From a virus (taxonomy: Duplodnaviria > Heunggongvirae > Uroviricota > Caudoviricetes), in IMG/VR virus record IMGVR_UViG_2778261631_000004: DNA of 37,064 nt, one strand, 5' to 3'. Positions 1 to 10,144 of the stretch are shown piece by piece. Position 1 is the first letter of the stretch. Every line of letters starts with the position of its first letter. Made by a program: the position numbers and the translations under genes. Under the pieces are notes generated by a model. That model worked only from the letters and a program-made list of their open reading frames with translations, was not told the origin of the DNA and made no database searches.

Positions 1-258
1 ATGCAAACCGTTATTTTTGGTCGTTCGGGTTGCCCTTACTGTGTGCGTGCAAAAGATCTGGCTGAGAAATTGAGCAATGAACGCGATGATTTTCAGTATC
101 AGTATGTAGATATTCGTGCGGAAGGGATCACTAAAGAAGATCTACAACAAAAGGCAGGTAAACCCGTAGAAACCGTGCCGCAGATTTTTGTCGATCAGCA
201 ACATATCGGCGGCTATACCGATTTTGCTGCATGGGTGAAAGAAAATCTGGACGCCTGA
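1..258 (+). CDS. grxA: Glutaredoxin 1
   Basis: 85-aa ORF with CPYC redox motif; translation recognisable as enterobacterial GrxA. Confidence 0.95.
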   Translation: MQTVIFGRSGCPYCVRAKDLAEKLSNERDDFQYQYVDIRAEGITKEDLQQKAGKPVETVPQIFVDQQHIGGYTDFAAWVKENLDA

Positions 259-287
259 TCGTCTGACAAGCCCTCGCGTTGAGGGCT

Positions 288-665
288 TTACTGATTTTTT
301 CTGTGCTGTGGTTTAAACAAACTACTGATAAATAAGAAACACAGTGCCCCCAGCGCACACCAGAACACCGCGCTTAGTAACCATGCCAGCTCTTGCCAGA
401 ATGAGCGCGTCGGTGAAAAAAACAGCCGCATAATGAGCATCGAACAGGGTGCCGCCAGCATTGCGCCAAACAGAGGTTTCAGGACTTCTCTACGCTGTGA
501 AAAGAAGCTGGCGACTGCTCCAGGAAGAATGAAAAATAGCAAGCCGATTTCAGGATGCCCGGCAGCCCGAAAAGCGCCTTTCATGTGCGTCGCCAGAAAA
601 AGGCACACCACAATGAAGAGGACAAAACAGCAGATTGCCCCCGCCCAACGTTGTTTATGTTTCAC
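288..665 (-). CDS. ybjM: Inner membrane protein YbjM
   Basis: 125-aa strongly hydrophobic multi-TM ORF in the conserved position between grxA and ybjL. Confidence 0.8.
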   Translation of the reverse strand: MKHKQRWAGAICCFVLFIVVCLFLATHMKGAFRAAGHPEIGLLFFILPGAVASFFSQRREVLKPLFGAMLAAPCSMLIMRLFFSPTRSFWQELAWLLSAVFWCALGALCFLFISSLFKPQHRKNQ

Positions 666-934
666 TCGTTCCTCCTGACACTGCGTCTATCGAACACATT
701 TTTCGCCAGTGTGGCGTTCAGTAAGATAAAGCCGCTTCGCATTCCATGCTAATATAGGCCAACGCAATTCATATAGCCGTTGATACCTAATGTGATTACA
801 CTAGTAAAATATATTGTTACTTTACTATCGTTTAGGTGCGCTGAATGAATCTGCGCCCTGAATTCTGGTAAAAAACATTATCGTAAATTACCATTTCTTT
901 CAACAGCTTACTAGTAAACAAGAAGTTAGCCTCC

Positions 935-2620
935 GTGAATATAAACGTCGCCGAATTGTTAAATGGGAATTACATTCTGTTATTATTTGTGGTCCTCGCG
1001 CTTGGGCTATGTCTCGGAAAGTTACGACTTGGTTCGATCCAACTGGGTAATTCCATTGGCGTTTTAGTCGTATCGCTGTTATTAGGCCAACAACATTTCA
1101 GCATTAACACCGATGCGCTTAATCTTGGCTTTATGCTGTTTATTTTCTGCGTCGGGGTCGAAGCCGGACCGAACTTTTTTTCCATTTTTTTTCGCGATGG
1201 GAAAAATTACCTAATGTTAGCACTGGTGATGGTTGGCAGTGCGCTGGTGATCGCCTTAGGGTTAGGTAAGCTGTTTGGCTGGGATATTGGCCTGACGGCC
1301 GGTATGTTAGCAGGCTCTATGACGTCGACACCGGTTCTGGTCGGTGCTGGCGATACACTGCGTCATTCCGGCATGGAAAGCAGGCAGCTCTCACTGGCAC
1401 TGGATAATCTGAGCCTCGGGTATGCCTTAACCTATTTAATCGGTCTGGTGAGTTTGATTGTTGGTGCGCGTTACTTGCCGAAATTGCAGCATCAGGACTT
1501 ACAGACCAGCGCCCAGCAAATCGCCCGCGAACGTGGCCTGGACACTGATGCCAACCGTAAGGTTTATTTACCGGTGATCCGCGCCTATCGCGTCGGCCCG
1601 GAGCTGGTGGCCTGGACCGACGGCAAAAATCTGCGTGAACTGGGTATTTATCGACAAACCGGCTGCTACATTGAACGTATTCGACGTAACGGGATTCTGG
1701 CAAATCCAGACGGTGATGCCGTGCTACAAATGGGCGATGAAATAGCGTTGGTAGGCTATCCCGACGCCCATGCCCGACTCGATCCCAGCTTCCGTAACGG
1801 TAAAGAAGTTTTCGATCGTGACCTTCTCGACATGCGTATCGTCACTGAAGAAGTGGTCGTTAAAAACCATAACGCTGTAGGTAAACGTCTCGCACAACTG
1901 AAGTTGACCGATCACGGTTGCTTCCTTAACCGCGTCATTCGTAGCCAGATTGAGATGCCGATAGATGACAACGTCGTGCTTAACAAAGGTGACGTTTTAC
2001 AAGTCAGCGGTGATGCCCGTCGCGTAAAAACCATCGCCGATCGCATCGGCTTTATCTCGATTCACAGCCAGGTCACTGACCTGCTGGCATTTTGCGCCTT
2101 CTTTGTTATTGGGCTGATGATCGGGATGATCACCTTCCAGTTCAGCACATTCAGTTTCGGCATGGGGAACGCTGCCGGGTTGTTATTCGCCGGAATTATG
2201 CTGGGCTTTATGCGTGCTAACCACCCGACCTTCGGTTACATTCCGCAAGGTGCATTAAGCATGGTGAAAGAGTTCGGCTTGATGGTGTTTATGGCAGGCG
2301 TTGGTCTGAGCGCCGGTAGCGGTATTAATAACGGCCTGGGCGCGATTGGCGGTCAGATGTTGATTGCCGGATTAATTGTCAGTCTTGTGCCCGTGGTTAT
2401 CTGTTTCTTGTTCGGTGCTTATGTATTGCGAATGAACCGCGCACTGTTGTTCGGCGCAATGATGGGCGCACGCACCTGCGCGCCGGCAATGGAGATCATC
2501 AGTGATACAGCTCGCAGTAACATCCCTGCGCTGGGCTACGCGGGCACCTACGCAATCGCCAACGTCCTGCTGACGCTGGCAGGGACAATCATCGTCATGG
2601 TATGGCCAGGATTAGGATAA
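935..2620 (+). CDS. ybjL: Putative AAE-family transporter YbjL (two membrane domains flanking cytoplasmic TrkA-C-like domains)
   Basis: 561-aa ORF, hydrophobic N- and C-terminal halves with soluble central region; recognisable as YbjL; starts with a non-ATG (GTG) codon. Confidence 0.9.
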
Positions 2621-2732
2621 AACTGAAGTTGCCCTGAAAATGAAATTTTTTTGCACAACCGCAGAACTTTTCCGCAGGGCATCAGTCTTAATTAGTGCCA
2701 CTGCTTTTCTTTGATGTCCCCATTTTGTGGAG

Positions 2733-2776
2733 CCCATCAACCCCGCCATTTCGGTTCAAGGTTGATGGGTTTTTTG
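2733..2776 (+). terminator. Rho-independent terminator downstream of ybjL
   Basis: Inverted repeat CCCATCAACC ... GGTTGATGGG followed by a TTTTTT run on the plus strand. Confidence 0.6.
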
Positions 2777-2855
2777 TTGCCTGAAATTTATGCTTTTTAA
2801 AATCATGATGTTAGACGCACTGTTTTTTAATGATGGCGACAAATTGGCGGCAGAG

Positions 2856-3074
2856 TCAAAGAGAGAGCGCCACCTGTCCTGATTTCATTGGATGCGGCTG
2901 AACCGGATTTGACTCTTTTGGCGTTGCAATCGAACGAACAAAAGTTTCATGGGTTACAAAAGTATGGCTGCAGTTAATATTCTGGCACTGGTTGTAACGC
3001 TCTTTGGTCAATGAAGATACCTGAAAACTGCTGCGAGTATGGGCGGCACTTCCACACAGTGGGCAAATCATCAT
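2856..3074 (-). CDS. ogr: Ogr/B-type zinc-finger late transcription activator
   Basis: C-x2-C ... C-x4-C motif (CPLCGSAAH ... CQNINCSHTF) typical of P2 Ogr / 186 B; lies just downstream of gene D as in P2. Start placed at internal Met (MMICPLCG), ORF track begins further upstream. Confidence 0.8.
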   Translation of the reverse strand: MMICPLCGSAAHTRSSFQVSSLTKERYNQCQNINCSHTFVTHETFVRSIATPKESNPVQPHPMKSGQVALSL

Positions 3075-3164
3075 TTTTCGAGTTCTCCCCATTTTTGCTA
3101 AATTCACAATAATGATACCGCATTATTCCATTTTGCAAACTTAAAAGTTCTCCATTGCGAAGAA

Positions 3165-4265
3165 TCATTCCATTTCGAAATCATCAATCCTCACTTCAAG
3201 CTCCAGACTGGTCGTAAAACCGTTATCCGGGCTGACAGTATGCGTCAGGGTGGTAATAGTCCATTCCGCATCATCTATCGGCTGTTTAAAGCCACTGACT
3301 TTCACTGGCATTTCCGTGTAGAGATCTGCCCGACCTTCTGCCAGTTGTAGCGAGAATGACGCAACACCGCGTTGCAGGCGTTCCCACTGCATTTTCGCTG
3401 CCCGTTCGGCGTTGCCCCGGTTGGCATAGGTGCGATTAAGTACCAGCACGTTTTCATCCGTACCCACCAGGTAATCGCCCTGCTTCGCTTCCGGCTCTTT
3501 CTTCTGCTTCTTAGTTCTGCGCTTACGCTTCACCGTGGTGCTTTCTTTCTTCGCAGGTTCGCGGGTATGCAACCAGCTGGCAATTACGCCCGTGTAGGCT
3601 CCGCGATCTGCCAGGGTAAAGCGGTGACTGTCGCCGTCCTTGCGTGTGATAGTGATCACTGGCAGTGGTTTACCAGTGGCGCTTTTGCCCTGCCCCTGCC
3701 GGATGAATAACAGATTGCCATTTTTCACCGACGCGATGGCACCGTACTGTCGCGCCAGCCGCATCAGAAAACTGCCGTCACTCTCATTAGTCTGGTCTAT
3801 ATGCTCCACGGGCTTATCCGACAGGTCTTTACCCAGTGCCATCTTCAGCTTGTGCCGCGCGGCTATTTCCTTCACCACTTCCCCGACAGTGGTCTTGTGC
3901 CACGATTTTTCACGGCGGGTATTCAGCGTTTCACGAAAATCAGCACTTCGCGCCCGGATAGTCAGGCGATCCGGTGCGCCAGTGTGTTCAATCTCGTCCA
4001 CCGTGAATGCCCCTTTCGGGAAAAGCGGCTGCCCCTTCCAGCCCAGCGCCAGCGTAATAACCGCACCACGACGCGGCAGCACGATTTTTCCGTCGGCGTC
4101 GTCCAGTTCCAGATCAAGCTGGTCCGCTTCAAAGCCCCGGTTATCCGTCAGCGTCAGACTCATCAGGCGGTTGTCCAGCACTGTGGTGATATCCCTGCCC
4201 TCAATACTGATGCTGAATGCGGGAGTTTTGTTGCCTTTGTTAAGCAGTTCAGAGCTGAAATTCAC
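3165..4265 (-). CDS. D: Tail protein D (late control protein D)
   Basis: 366-aa ORF at the end of the tail operon after U, matching P2 gpD in position and size. Confidence 0.85.
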   Translation of the reverse strand: MNFSSELLNKGNKTPAFSISIEGRDITTVLDNRLMSLTLTDNRGFEADQLDLELDDADGKIVLPRRGAVITLALGWKGQPLFPKGAFTVDEIEHTGAPDRLTIRARSADFRETLNTRREKSWHKTTVGEVVKEIAARHKLKMALGKDLSDKPVEHIDQTNESDGSFLMRLARQYGAIASVKNGNLLFIRQGQGKSATGKPLPVITITRKDGDSHRFTLADRGAYTGVIASWLHTREPAKKESTTVKRKRRTKKQKKEPEAKQGDYLVGTDENVLVLNRTYANRGNAERAAKMQWERLQRGVASFSLQLAEGRADLYTEMPVKVSGFKQPIDDAEWTITTLTHTVSPDNGFTTSLELEVRIDDFEME

Positions 4266-4747
4266 GACAGCAGCCCTCCCACCGTTTTACTGATATCACT
4301 TAAGGCAGATGTTGCCGTGTCCTGCAGATTATTCAGTTGCGCACTGAGATCACCGAACATATCGGACAATGATTCATCCACCCTTTTGAGCGACAGGGTG
4401 AACTCAATCCGGCGCGGCATACCGTCGCGGAAAAACTCCGTTTTAGTCTGATTCAGTCCCTCAATCACATACATGCCATAAATCGTGCCGCTGCCTTCAA
4501 TCAGGGGCCATGCTTTCCCCTGTTCTGCCATCTGCTCAAGTGCCAGCAACGACAGCCTGCCGCCTGTTATCTCCGGCATAAGAACACCGGAAAGCGTCAG
4601 CATGTCGTTGTCCGGTCCCAGAAACTGCGTGGACGGACGACGGTTTACCCGGCTGTTTGCCGCATGTCGCCAGCTGCGCTGATACTGCAGCTCCTGATAC
4701 GGCACGGTGCGCAGCATAAACACGTACAATCCCAGCACCATCATCAT
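4262..4747 (-). CDS. U: Tail protein U
   Basis: 161-aa ORF between tape measure and D, overlapping stop/start with both; P2 gpU-like. Confidence 0.85.
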   Translation of the reverse strand: MMMVLGLYVFMLRTVPYQELQYQRSWRHAANSRVNRRPSTQFLGPDNDMLTLSGVLMPEITGGRLSLLALEQMAEQGKAWPLIEGSGTIYGMYVIEGLNQTKTEFFRDGMPRRIEFTLSLKRVDESLSDMFGDLSAQLNNLQDTATSALSDISKTVGGLLS

Positions 4748-7700
4748 GCGTCGTATCCCCCCTGATCGCTGTAGTTACTCCTGGCTTTTGCCTTCAGCCT
4801 GCGTTCACGTTCATCAAGCTGGCGGGCCACCTCCCGCGCAATATCCTGCGCACTTTGTCCTGGCTGCGTCTGGATGATGATCTGCGTCGGTGCCTCAATG
4901 CTGTAAACGGGCGGCACAGTGGCTGCGCGACTCACCATCGCTTCTCCACCTTTCGCGGGAAGTGCCAAAGGGTGCAACGGTGGAAGCTCTGCTGGCGCGG
5001 CAGCAACGCCCATCATTCCGGCGACAACCGCAGCCAGTGCAGCGGTATTTCTCCGGCTGGTCACGTTTGCCGGGCCGTTGACAATTTCCGGCCCGTTTTC
5101 ACCGACAATGCCGAACTGCCCGCGCGGGATATACCCGCCGCTGTCATACAACCCCGCAAAGCCATATCCCCATGACGGAAAACCACCCGATGTCATCATC
5201 ACTTTACCGTCTGCATTCACCGTCGCAGGTTGCTGACGCGTCACGCTTTCCGGCAGTTTTGCCTTTGCGGCTTCTTTACTGACAATGCCGAGTTTCTCCA
5301 GCAACCAGGAAACGCCGGATTTCAGGGAGTCCAGCGGATGCATGACCATATTCAGCCCTTCCGCCAGTACCTCCCCGAATCGCCGCCCCATTGCCGCTGC
5401 ACTCTGCAGTTCGGCAGAGGTCGACTTAACGGGCGTCAGCAGATCAGTAAACCAGCCCCACAGCGCCTGTACTTTGTCGCCAATCCACTGAAACACAGGC
5501 TTAAGTGGTTCGAATGCAGCACTGATGGGACCTGCCGCCGCTTTGAATCCTTCCACCACGCCACCGAGAAATGCGGTGATGGGTTGCCAGTATTTCCAGA
5601 CAACCAGCGCCACGCCCGCCAGTGCAGTAACCACAAGACCTATCGGACTGAGCAGAGCACCTAACAGACCAGATATGGCATACAGAGCAACGCGCAGCAT
5701 CGCCAGCGGGCCGGATGCCAGCACTCGCAGCACCGCGCCTGCGGCGGACAGTCCACCGCGCAGTACCGCCAGTGGATTCATAAACATCACAGCAACAGCA
5801 CGTAAACCGGATAATCCAGACCGCAAAAGTGCAACCGGCGCACCTGCTACAGTTTTCAGGACATTTCCCGTCAGTGATGCCGTGCGGCGCAAAGACGACA
5901 ACGGCGCAGTAAGTAAACCTGCGGCGTTGCCCGATGAAGCAAGCCCGCGTCGCAGCAGTGCAAGTGGTGCGCCAGCCAACCAGGACAACACGCTGCTGGT
6001 TCGTGTTACCGCTGCCGTAACGGAAGGTAACGTTTTGATACCCAGCACAGAGAATCCCAGACGGATGACTGCCAGCGGCCCCAGCACTGCAGCCAGCGCC
6101 ACCGCTAAGGTACCGAGGCCCACGGTAACGGCAGCCACCACAGCGGCTACTTTCATCAGTGTGCCCGTCAGTTCCGGGTTAGCTTCCACCCAGCGACGCA
6201 ACGCCCCCGTGACGCTTTTCACCGTGTACAGAATATCCATCAGCGGCTGGCGCAGCGTTTCGCCCAGGCTACTGAAGGTGTTCCGCGCTCCGGTTTTGAC
6301 CAGCAACCACTGAGCAGAAAGTGAGTCTTTGTTGATGTCGGATTCTTTCTGCATGGAACCGAGCGCATCATTGCCCGCTGTCAGTTTTAGCTGGCGCTGC
6401 AGTTCCGGCAGGTTGTTTGCCAGTTTCGCCGCGTCATCGCCAAACTCTTTGCCAAACAACATGGTCATGGCAGACAGACGCTTGTCCTGCGGCAGCGCGT
6501 TCACCTTCTCCAGCACACGCTGGATAGTTCCCATCGCATCCTTCGTCATCTGCTTTTCAATCACTTCAGGATTGAGTTTCAGCAGATTCATCCCTTCAAA
6601 GAAACTCTTGCTTTGCATGGTGGCAATGGACAATTCACGCACCATCGCGTTTGCTGCACTGGCTGCAACCTCCGGCGCAGCGCCCAGTGTCAGAAAGGTG
6701 GAACCCAGCGCCGCCGCTTTACGATAATCCAGACGGTCAGCCACACCGCCCAGACGTTGCATGACATCAATAATGTCTGCCCCTTTCGACATGGCGTTAT
6801 CATCCAGATAGTTCAGCGCATCACCGAGCTGTTCAATATTGCGGGTAGGGATTTTGTAGAGCTGGGCGATTTTCCCCAGACTTTCTGACAGTTCATCCGC
6901 TGGCAGCTCAAAGGCTGTTGCCGCCTTTGCTGCCGTACTGGCGAAGGCCAGCAGGTCACGTTTCTGGTCTTCCCAGCTGTCGTCAGGGTTTGCGACGTTC
7001 ATGCGCGCACCACCTTCAACCAGTGCAGCGAAGTCCACCGCACCGTTTTCCATCGGCAACTGTTCGCTGGCAGCCTTGATGGCATCCTGCATTTCATAAA
7101 AACGTGCAGTGCGGTTGCCATTATCGTCACGCAGACCATTGACCTGCTTTGCCACACCTTTCATGGCATCTTCCATGCTGGTATAGCTTTTTACTGCCGC
7201 CATCACTGGCGTCCCCATTGCCAGCCCTGCCGCCGTGGTGGTGGCTCCGGCTCCTGCGATGCGATCGCGCACCTCCAGCGAACGGGCATAACTGGCACGC
7301 GCCACATTCATCCTGCGCTGAGCTTCCCCCAGTCGCTTCAGCCGCGCCTCCTGTTTCGACAGTTCCTGGTTATAACGTGATGTTTCACGGGCTAAACGGG
7401 CAGTTGCTCCCGCATCATCTTTCGCAGAAATTCCCGCCCGGTACAGTTCAGCACGCACAAGCGCCGTTTGCTTCTGCAAATATTTTTGTTGTTCTTCCAG
7501 ACGTTGGACTGCCAGCGTTTGCCGACCTAAAGCCACAAGATGCCTTTGTGATGGTTGTTCCATCGCCTCCAGCTCAGAGCTAAGCAAATTAGCCTTCTGT
7601 CTGGCATAGTTCAGCCTGTCGCCTAACTTCTTGTTATCGGCCTGCAGCTTGCGAAATTTTTCCAGGCTGTTACCCGCCTGATTGAGTTGCTTTAATGCGT

Positions 7701-7821
7701 CACGGGAGTTTCTGATTGCGCCAGCCAGCTCTTTCGAACTGGCCTGTGCAGCACGGAATGGGCGGGTGAGTTTGTCAACCGCATTAAGAATGACCTGCAG
7801 GCGCAGGTTATTATCACTCAT
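4744..7821 (-). CDS. T: Tail tape measure protein T
   Basis: 1025-aa Ala/Gly/Leu-rich ORF with coiled-coil N-terminal half and hydrophobic central segments, downstream of E/E'. Confidence 0.85.
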   Translation of the reverse strand: MSDNNLRLQVILNAVDKLTRPFRAAQASSKELAGAIRNSRDALKQLNQAGNSLEKFRKLQADNKKLGDRLNYARQKANLLSSELEAMEQPSQRHLVALGRQTLAVQRLEEQQKYLQKQTALVRAELYRAGISAKDDAGATARLARETSRYNQELSKQEARLKRLGEAQRRMNVARASYARSLEVRDRIAGAGATTTAAGLAMGTPVMAAVKSYTSMEDAMKGVAKQVNGLRDDNGNRTARFYEMQDAIKAASEQLPMENGAVDFAALVEGGARMNVANPDDSWEDQKRDLLAFASTAAKAATAFELPADELSESLGKIAQLYKIPTRNIEQLGDALNYLDDNAMSKGADIIDVMQRLGGVADRLDYRKAAALGSTFLTLGAAPEVAASAANAMVRELSIATMQSKSFFEGMNLLKLNPEVIEKQMTKDAMGTIQRVLEKVNALPQDKRLSAMTMLFGKEFGDDAAKLANNLPELQRQLKLTAGNDALGSMQKESDINKDSLSAQWLLVKTGARNTFSSLGETLRQPLMDILYTVKSVTGALRRWVEANPELTGTLMKVAAVVAAVTVGLGTLAVALAAVLGPLAVIRLGFSVLGIKTLPSVTAAVTRTSSVLSWLAGAPLALLRRGLASSGNAAGLLTAPLSSLRRTASLTGNVLKTVAGAPVALLRSGLSGLRAVAVMFMNPLAVLRGGLSAAGAVLRVLASGPLAMLRVALYAISGLLGALLSPIGLVVTALAGVALVVWKYWQPITAFLGGVVEGFKAAAGPISAAFEPLKPVFQWIGDKVQALWGWFTDLLTPVKSTSAELQSAAAMGRRFGEVLAEGLNMVMHPLDSLKSGVSWLLEKLGIVSKEAAKAKLPESVTRQQPATVNADGKVMMTSGGFPSWGYGFAGLYDSGGYIPRGQFGIVGENGPEIVNGPANVTSRRNTAALAAVVAGMMGVAAAPAELPPLHPLALPAKGGEAMVSRAATVPPVYSIEAPTQIIIQTQPGQSAQDIAREVARQLDERERRLKAKARSNYSDQGGYDA

Positions 7822-7824
7822 CGT

Positions 7825-8250
7825 TGGCCCCGCTTCTCTGAATCGCTTTATACCGCCATTCCAGCACTTCGGTCAGCGGCATAACGTCAGTAACGGATGG
7901 CGGCCAGTGAAAGATGGTGGCGATATCAGCCACCAGATCGTCAACCGTCAGGCTGTCGGTAAACCGGCAAGCACCGACTTCTTCAACAAAAAAGTGACAA
8001 CCTCAACCGACATGGCAGTGAGATCTGCCGGGTCCATCTCTGCAATTTCCTGTGCAGTCAGTGCCGGACTGGAGATGCGGGGGATCACGGTCATCATCGC
8101 GTTCACATCCATATCCATAATGGCCTGCAGGCGTGTACCGCGCAGCGCACCGGACTGCGGTTTACGCAGCACAATTTCGGTGATTTCTGTTTTACCGCGC
8201 TTGATGGGGGTATCCAGTTGAATGGTCTTTTCAGTCTGCTTATCGCTCAT
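7825..8250 (-). CDS. E+E' fusion made by programmed -1 frameshift (3' end approximate)
   Basis: Slippery run TTTTTTG near the 3' end of E (about 7975..7995) and open -1 frame continuing to the start of T, as in P2 E/E+E'. End coordinate not verified. Confidence 0.4.
7948..8250 (-). CDS. E: Tail assembly chaperone E
   Basis: 100-aa ORF between FII and T; its C-terminus (VTFLLKK) is encoded by a T-run slippery sequence. Confidence 0.8.
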   Translation of the reverse strand: MSDKQTEKTIQLDTPIKRGKTEITEIVLRKPQSGALRGTRLQAIMDMDVNAMMTVIPRISSPALTAQEIAEMDPADLTAMSVEVVTFLLKKSVLAGLPTA

Positions 8251-8304
8251 TTTGCTGTCCTGTAAATTGGGTTCTGGCGCGGTATCCCGCGCCGTTCAGA
8301 TATA

Positions 8305-8820
8305 TCAGAGGCCGAGGGCGTTGCGGTGCGCTTCCATCAGGTCCACACCGCCCACAATTTCCACCATGTTGATAAGGTCCACTTCATAGAGCACCTCACC
8401 ATTTATAGTCAGCTTCGCGTAGCTGTTGGTACTGGTCACTTTGGTGGTGTTGCTTTCGCCCGTCTTCCACTCGCCGGAATCCACTTCTTTGTGACGTCCA
8501 CGCACCACAAGCTCCACGGCCTGCACTTCCCCGGTATCGTCACGCTGGATAGAGCCGGTAAAGCGCAACTGGATACCATCCACCGTGGCTTTGCCCATCT
8601 GCTTAAACAGCAGCAGTTCAGTACCACCAATGGAAAATTCCGTATCCAGTGCGCCGTCATCCAGCCCCAGATCCACATCCACTGCACCCGGCATTCCGCC
8701 GCCGCGATACTTCTCATATTTGCGGGTAAATTTCGGCAGCGTCAGCGACTCAACGATCCCCTGCCAGTTGTTCCCGTCATTAAACAGGTTCAGGTGTTTT
8801 AATTTGCGTGGTAAAGCCAT
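8305..8820 (-). CDS. FII: Major tail tube protein FII
   Basis: 171-aa ORF after the sheath gene; P2 FII-like. Confidence 0.9.
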   Translation of the reverse strand: MALPRKLKHLNLFNDGNNWQGIVESLTLPKFTRKYEKYRGGGMPGAVDVDLGLDDGALDTEFSIGGTELLLFKQMGKATVDGIQLRFTGSIQRDDTGEVQAVELVVRGRHKEVDSGEWKTGESNTTKVTSTNSYAKLTINGEVLYEVDLINMVEIVGGVDLMEAHRNALGL

Positions 8821-8829
8821 GTTGTCCCC

Positions 8830-10002
8830 TTACGCGCTGACCTGGCTGGAGAAATTCACCAGGTACTGATCGGTGATGCGCTGACGCAGCATCAGGTTTT
8901 CAAGTGGCGGCACTGGCGTGTAGTCGTAGTCGATGGTGAGTTTTCCGGCTTTCAGCGTGTCTTTGTCGTTCACCGACTCATCCAGCCAGCAATCACCACC
9001 AATGAGATAGCCCTGACTGACCAGGCTGCGCATTTTGGCGCGGATACCCTCGATAATGTCGCGGGCCAGCGACGGATTCAGCGGTTTATCCACCGCCCAC
9101 ATGTGCGCTTCTGCCATCGTGTCCGTCAGCACCTGCGCCGTGCGGGTGTAGTTTTCGAAGGCAAAGAGCGGGTCATCACTCAGGCAGCGGGAACCCCAGA
9201 AGCGAAAACCGTCTTTGCGGATAAGGGTGGTGACGTCGTTCTGGTTCAGCAGTCCCGCATCGGTTGCCGGGTCCTGCAGATCCCAGAACACATCAGCAGA
9301 AATTCCGGTGACACCGTTAACGCCCACGTTGGACAGGCTTTTGTGCCATCCGGTCTGCTCGTCAATTTTGGCGCGCAGACCAAGCGCACGGGCGGTGGCA
9401 TAAGCCGTTGCTTCGGCATTCAGCACCGTGTCCCAGCCAGTAAAGTCGGGCCAGATCAGCATTCCTTCACGCTGACTGAAGTTTTCACGGTAAGTGATTG
9501 CTTCCTGCACCGTCTTGCAACCATACGCTGACAGGTAAGCAAATCCACGCAGGCTTTGCGCCACGCTCAGCAACTCAGTAGCTACCGCCTTCGTGTCGTG
9601 ACCTGGCACGCCGAGAATGCGCGGTTTAACGCCGAGCTGTGACTGGGCAGATAACAGGGCTTTCATGCCTGTTTTTTTACCTTCAGCGGTCACTGCGCCG
9701 ATGATATTGGTCGTGGTTTCTTCTTCCGTTTCACCCTGCGGCACACGCACAACAACGGTCACGGGTTTTGCCTGGTCAGCGATGGCATCCAGCGAACGAG
9801 CCAGCGTGCCTGACTCACCCGCTTTACCGCTGGCAGTCAGCACATCAGTGATCAGCACGGGTTTATTAAGAGGAAACATTTTTGCATCGGCATCATCGCC
9901 CGTGCAGACCATACCCACGATGGCGGTGCTCACCGTGGTAATGGATCGGGTGCCTTCGTTGACTTCAACAACGCGCACCCCGTGGTGGTAATCCTGAGCC
10001 AT
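8830..10002 (-). CDS. FI: Tail sheath protein FI
   Basis: 390-aa ORF heading the F operon; P2 FI-like. Confidence 0.9.
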   Translation of the reverse strand: MAQDYHHGVRVVEVNEGTRSITTVSTAIVGMVCTGDDADAKMFPLNKPVLITDVLTASGKAGESGTLARSLDAIADQAKPVTVVVRVPQGETEEETTTNIIGAVTAEGKKTGMKALLSAQSQLGVKPRILGVPGHDTKAVATELLSVAQSLRGFAYLSAYGCKTVQEAITYRENFSQREGMLIWPDFTGWDTVLNAEATAYATARALGLRAKIDEQTGWHKSLSNVGVNGVTGISADVFWDLQDPATDAGLLNQNDVTTLIRKDGFRFWGSRCLSDDPLFAFENYTRTAQVLTDTMAEAHMWAVDKPLNPSLARDIIEGIRAKMRSLVSQGYLIGGDCWLDESVNDKDTLKAGKLTIDYDYTPVPPLENLMLRQRITDQYLVNFSSQVSA

Positions 10003-10078
10003 AGTGGCGAACCTCCTGATTGGATTAGGCTTCGCCCTATGTTGAAGTGATTGTGCCTGACAAACAGCTAAGCGCAGT

Positions 10079-10096
10079 TGTACCGTTATTCACACA
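10079..10096 (-). promoter_or_regulatory. Late-promoter activator site (TGT-N12-ACA dyad) upstream of FI
   Basis: Sequence TGTACCGTTATTCACACA about 80 bp upstream of the FI start codon; same dyad type found upstream of V and between O and P. Confidence 0.5.
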
Positions 10097-10144
10097 AAAT
10101 GACGGTATTTGTCTGCTTTCAGAGATAATCAAAATAAAGCTGAT

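Noticed and set aside
433-752. Two plus-strand ORFs (81 and 65 aa) overlapping ybjM
   Set aside because: Antisense to the conserved membrane-protein gene; no RBS or context support.
2974-3168. 64-aa minus-strand ORF overlapping ogr
   Set aside because: Alternative frame across the ogr start region; the zinc-finger frame is the recognisable one.
3372-4451. Plus-strand ORFs (112, 217 and 216 aa) overlapping gene D
   Set aside because: Antisense to D; low-complexity translations.
5525-6313. 262-aa plus-strand ORF (and several others between 4855 and 7583) inside the tape-measure gene
   Set aside because: Antisense shadow ORFs of a long G+C-rich gene; Ser/Thr/Ala/Pro/Arg-rich low-complexity translations with no gene-like context.
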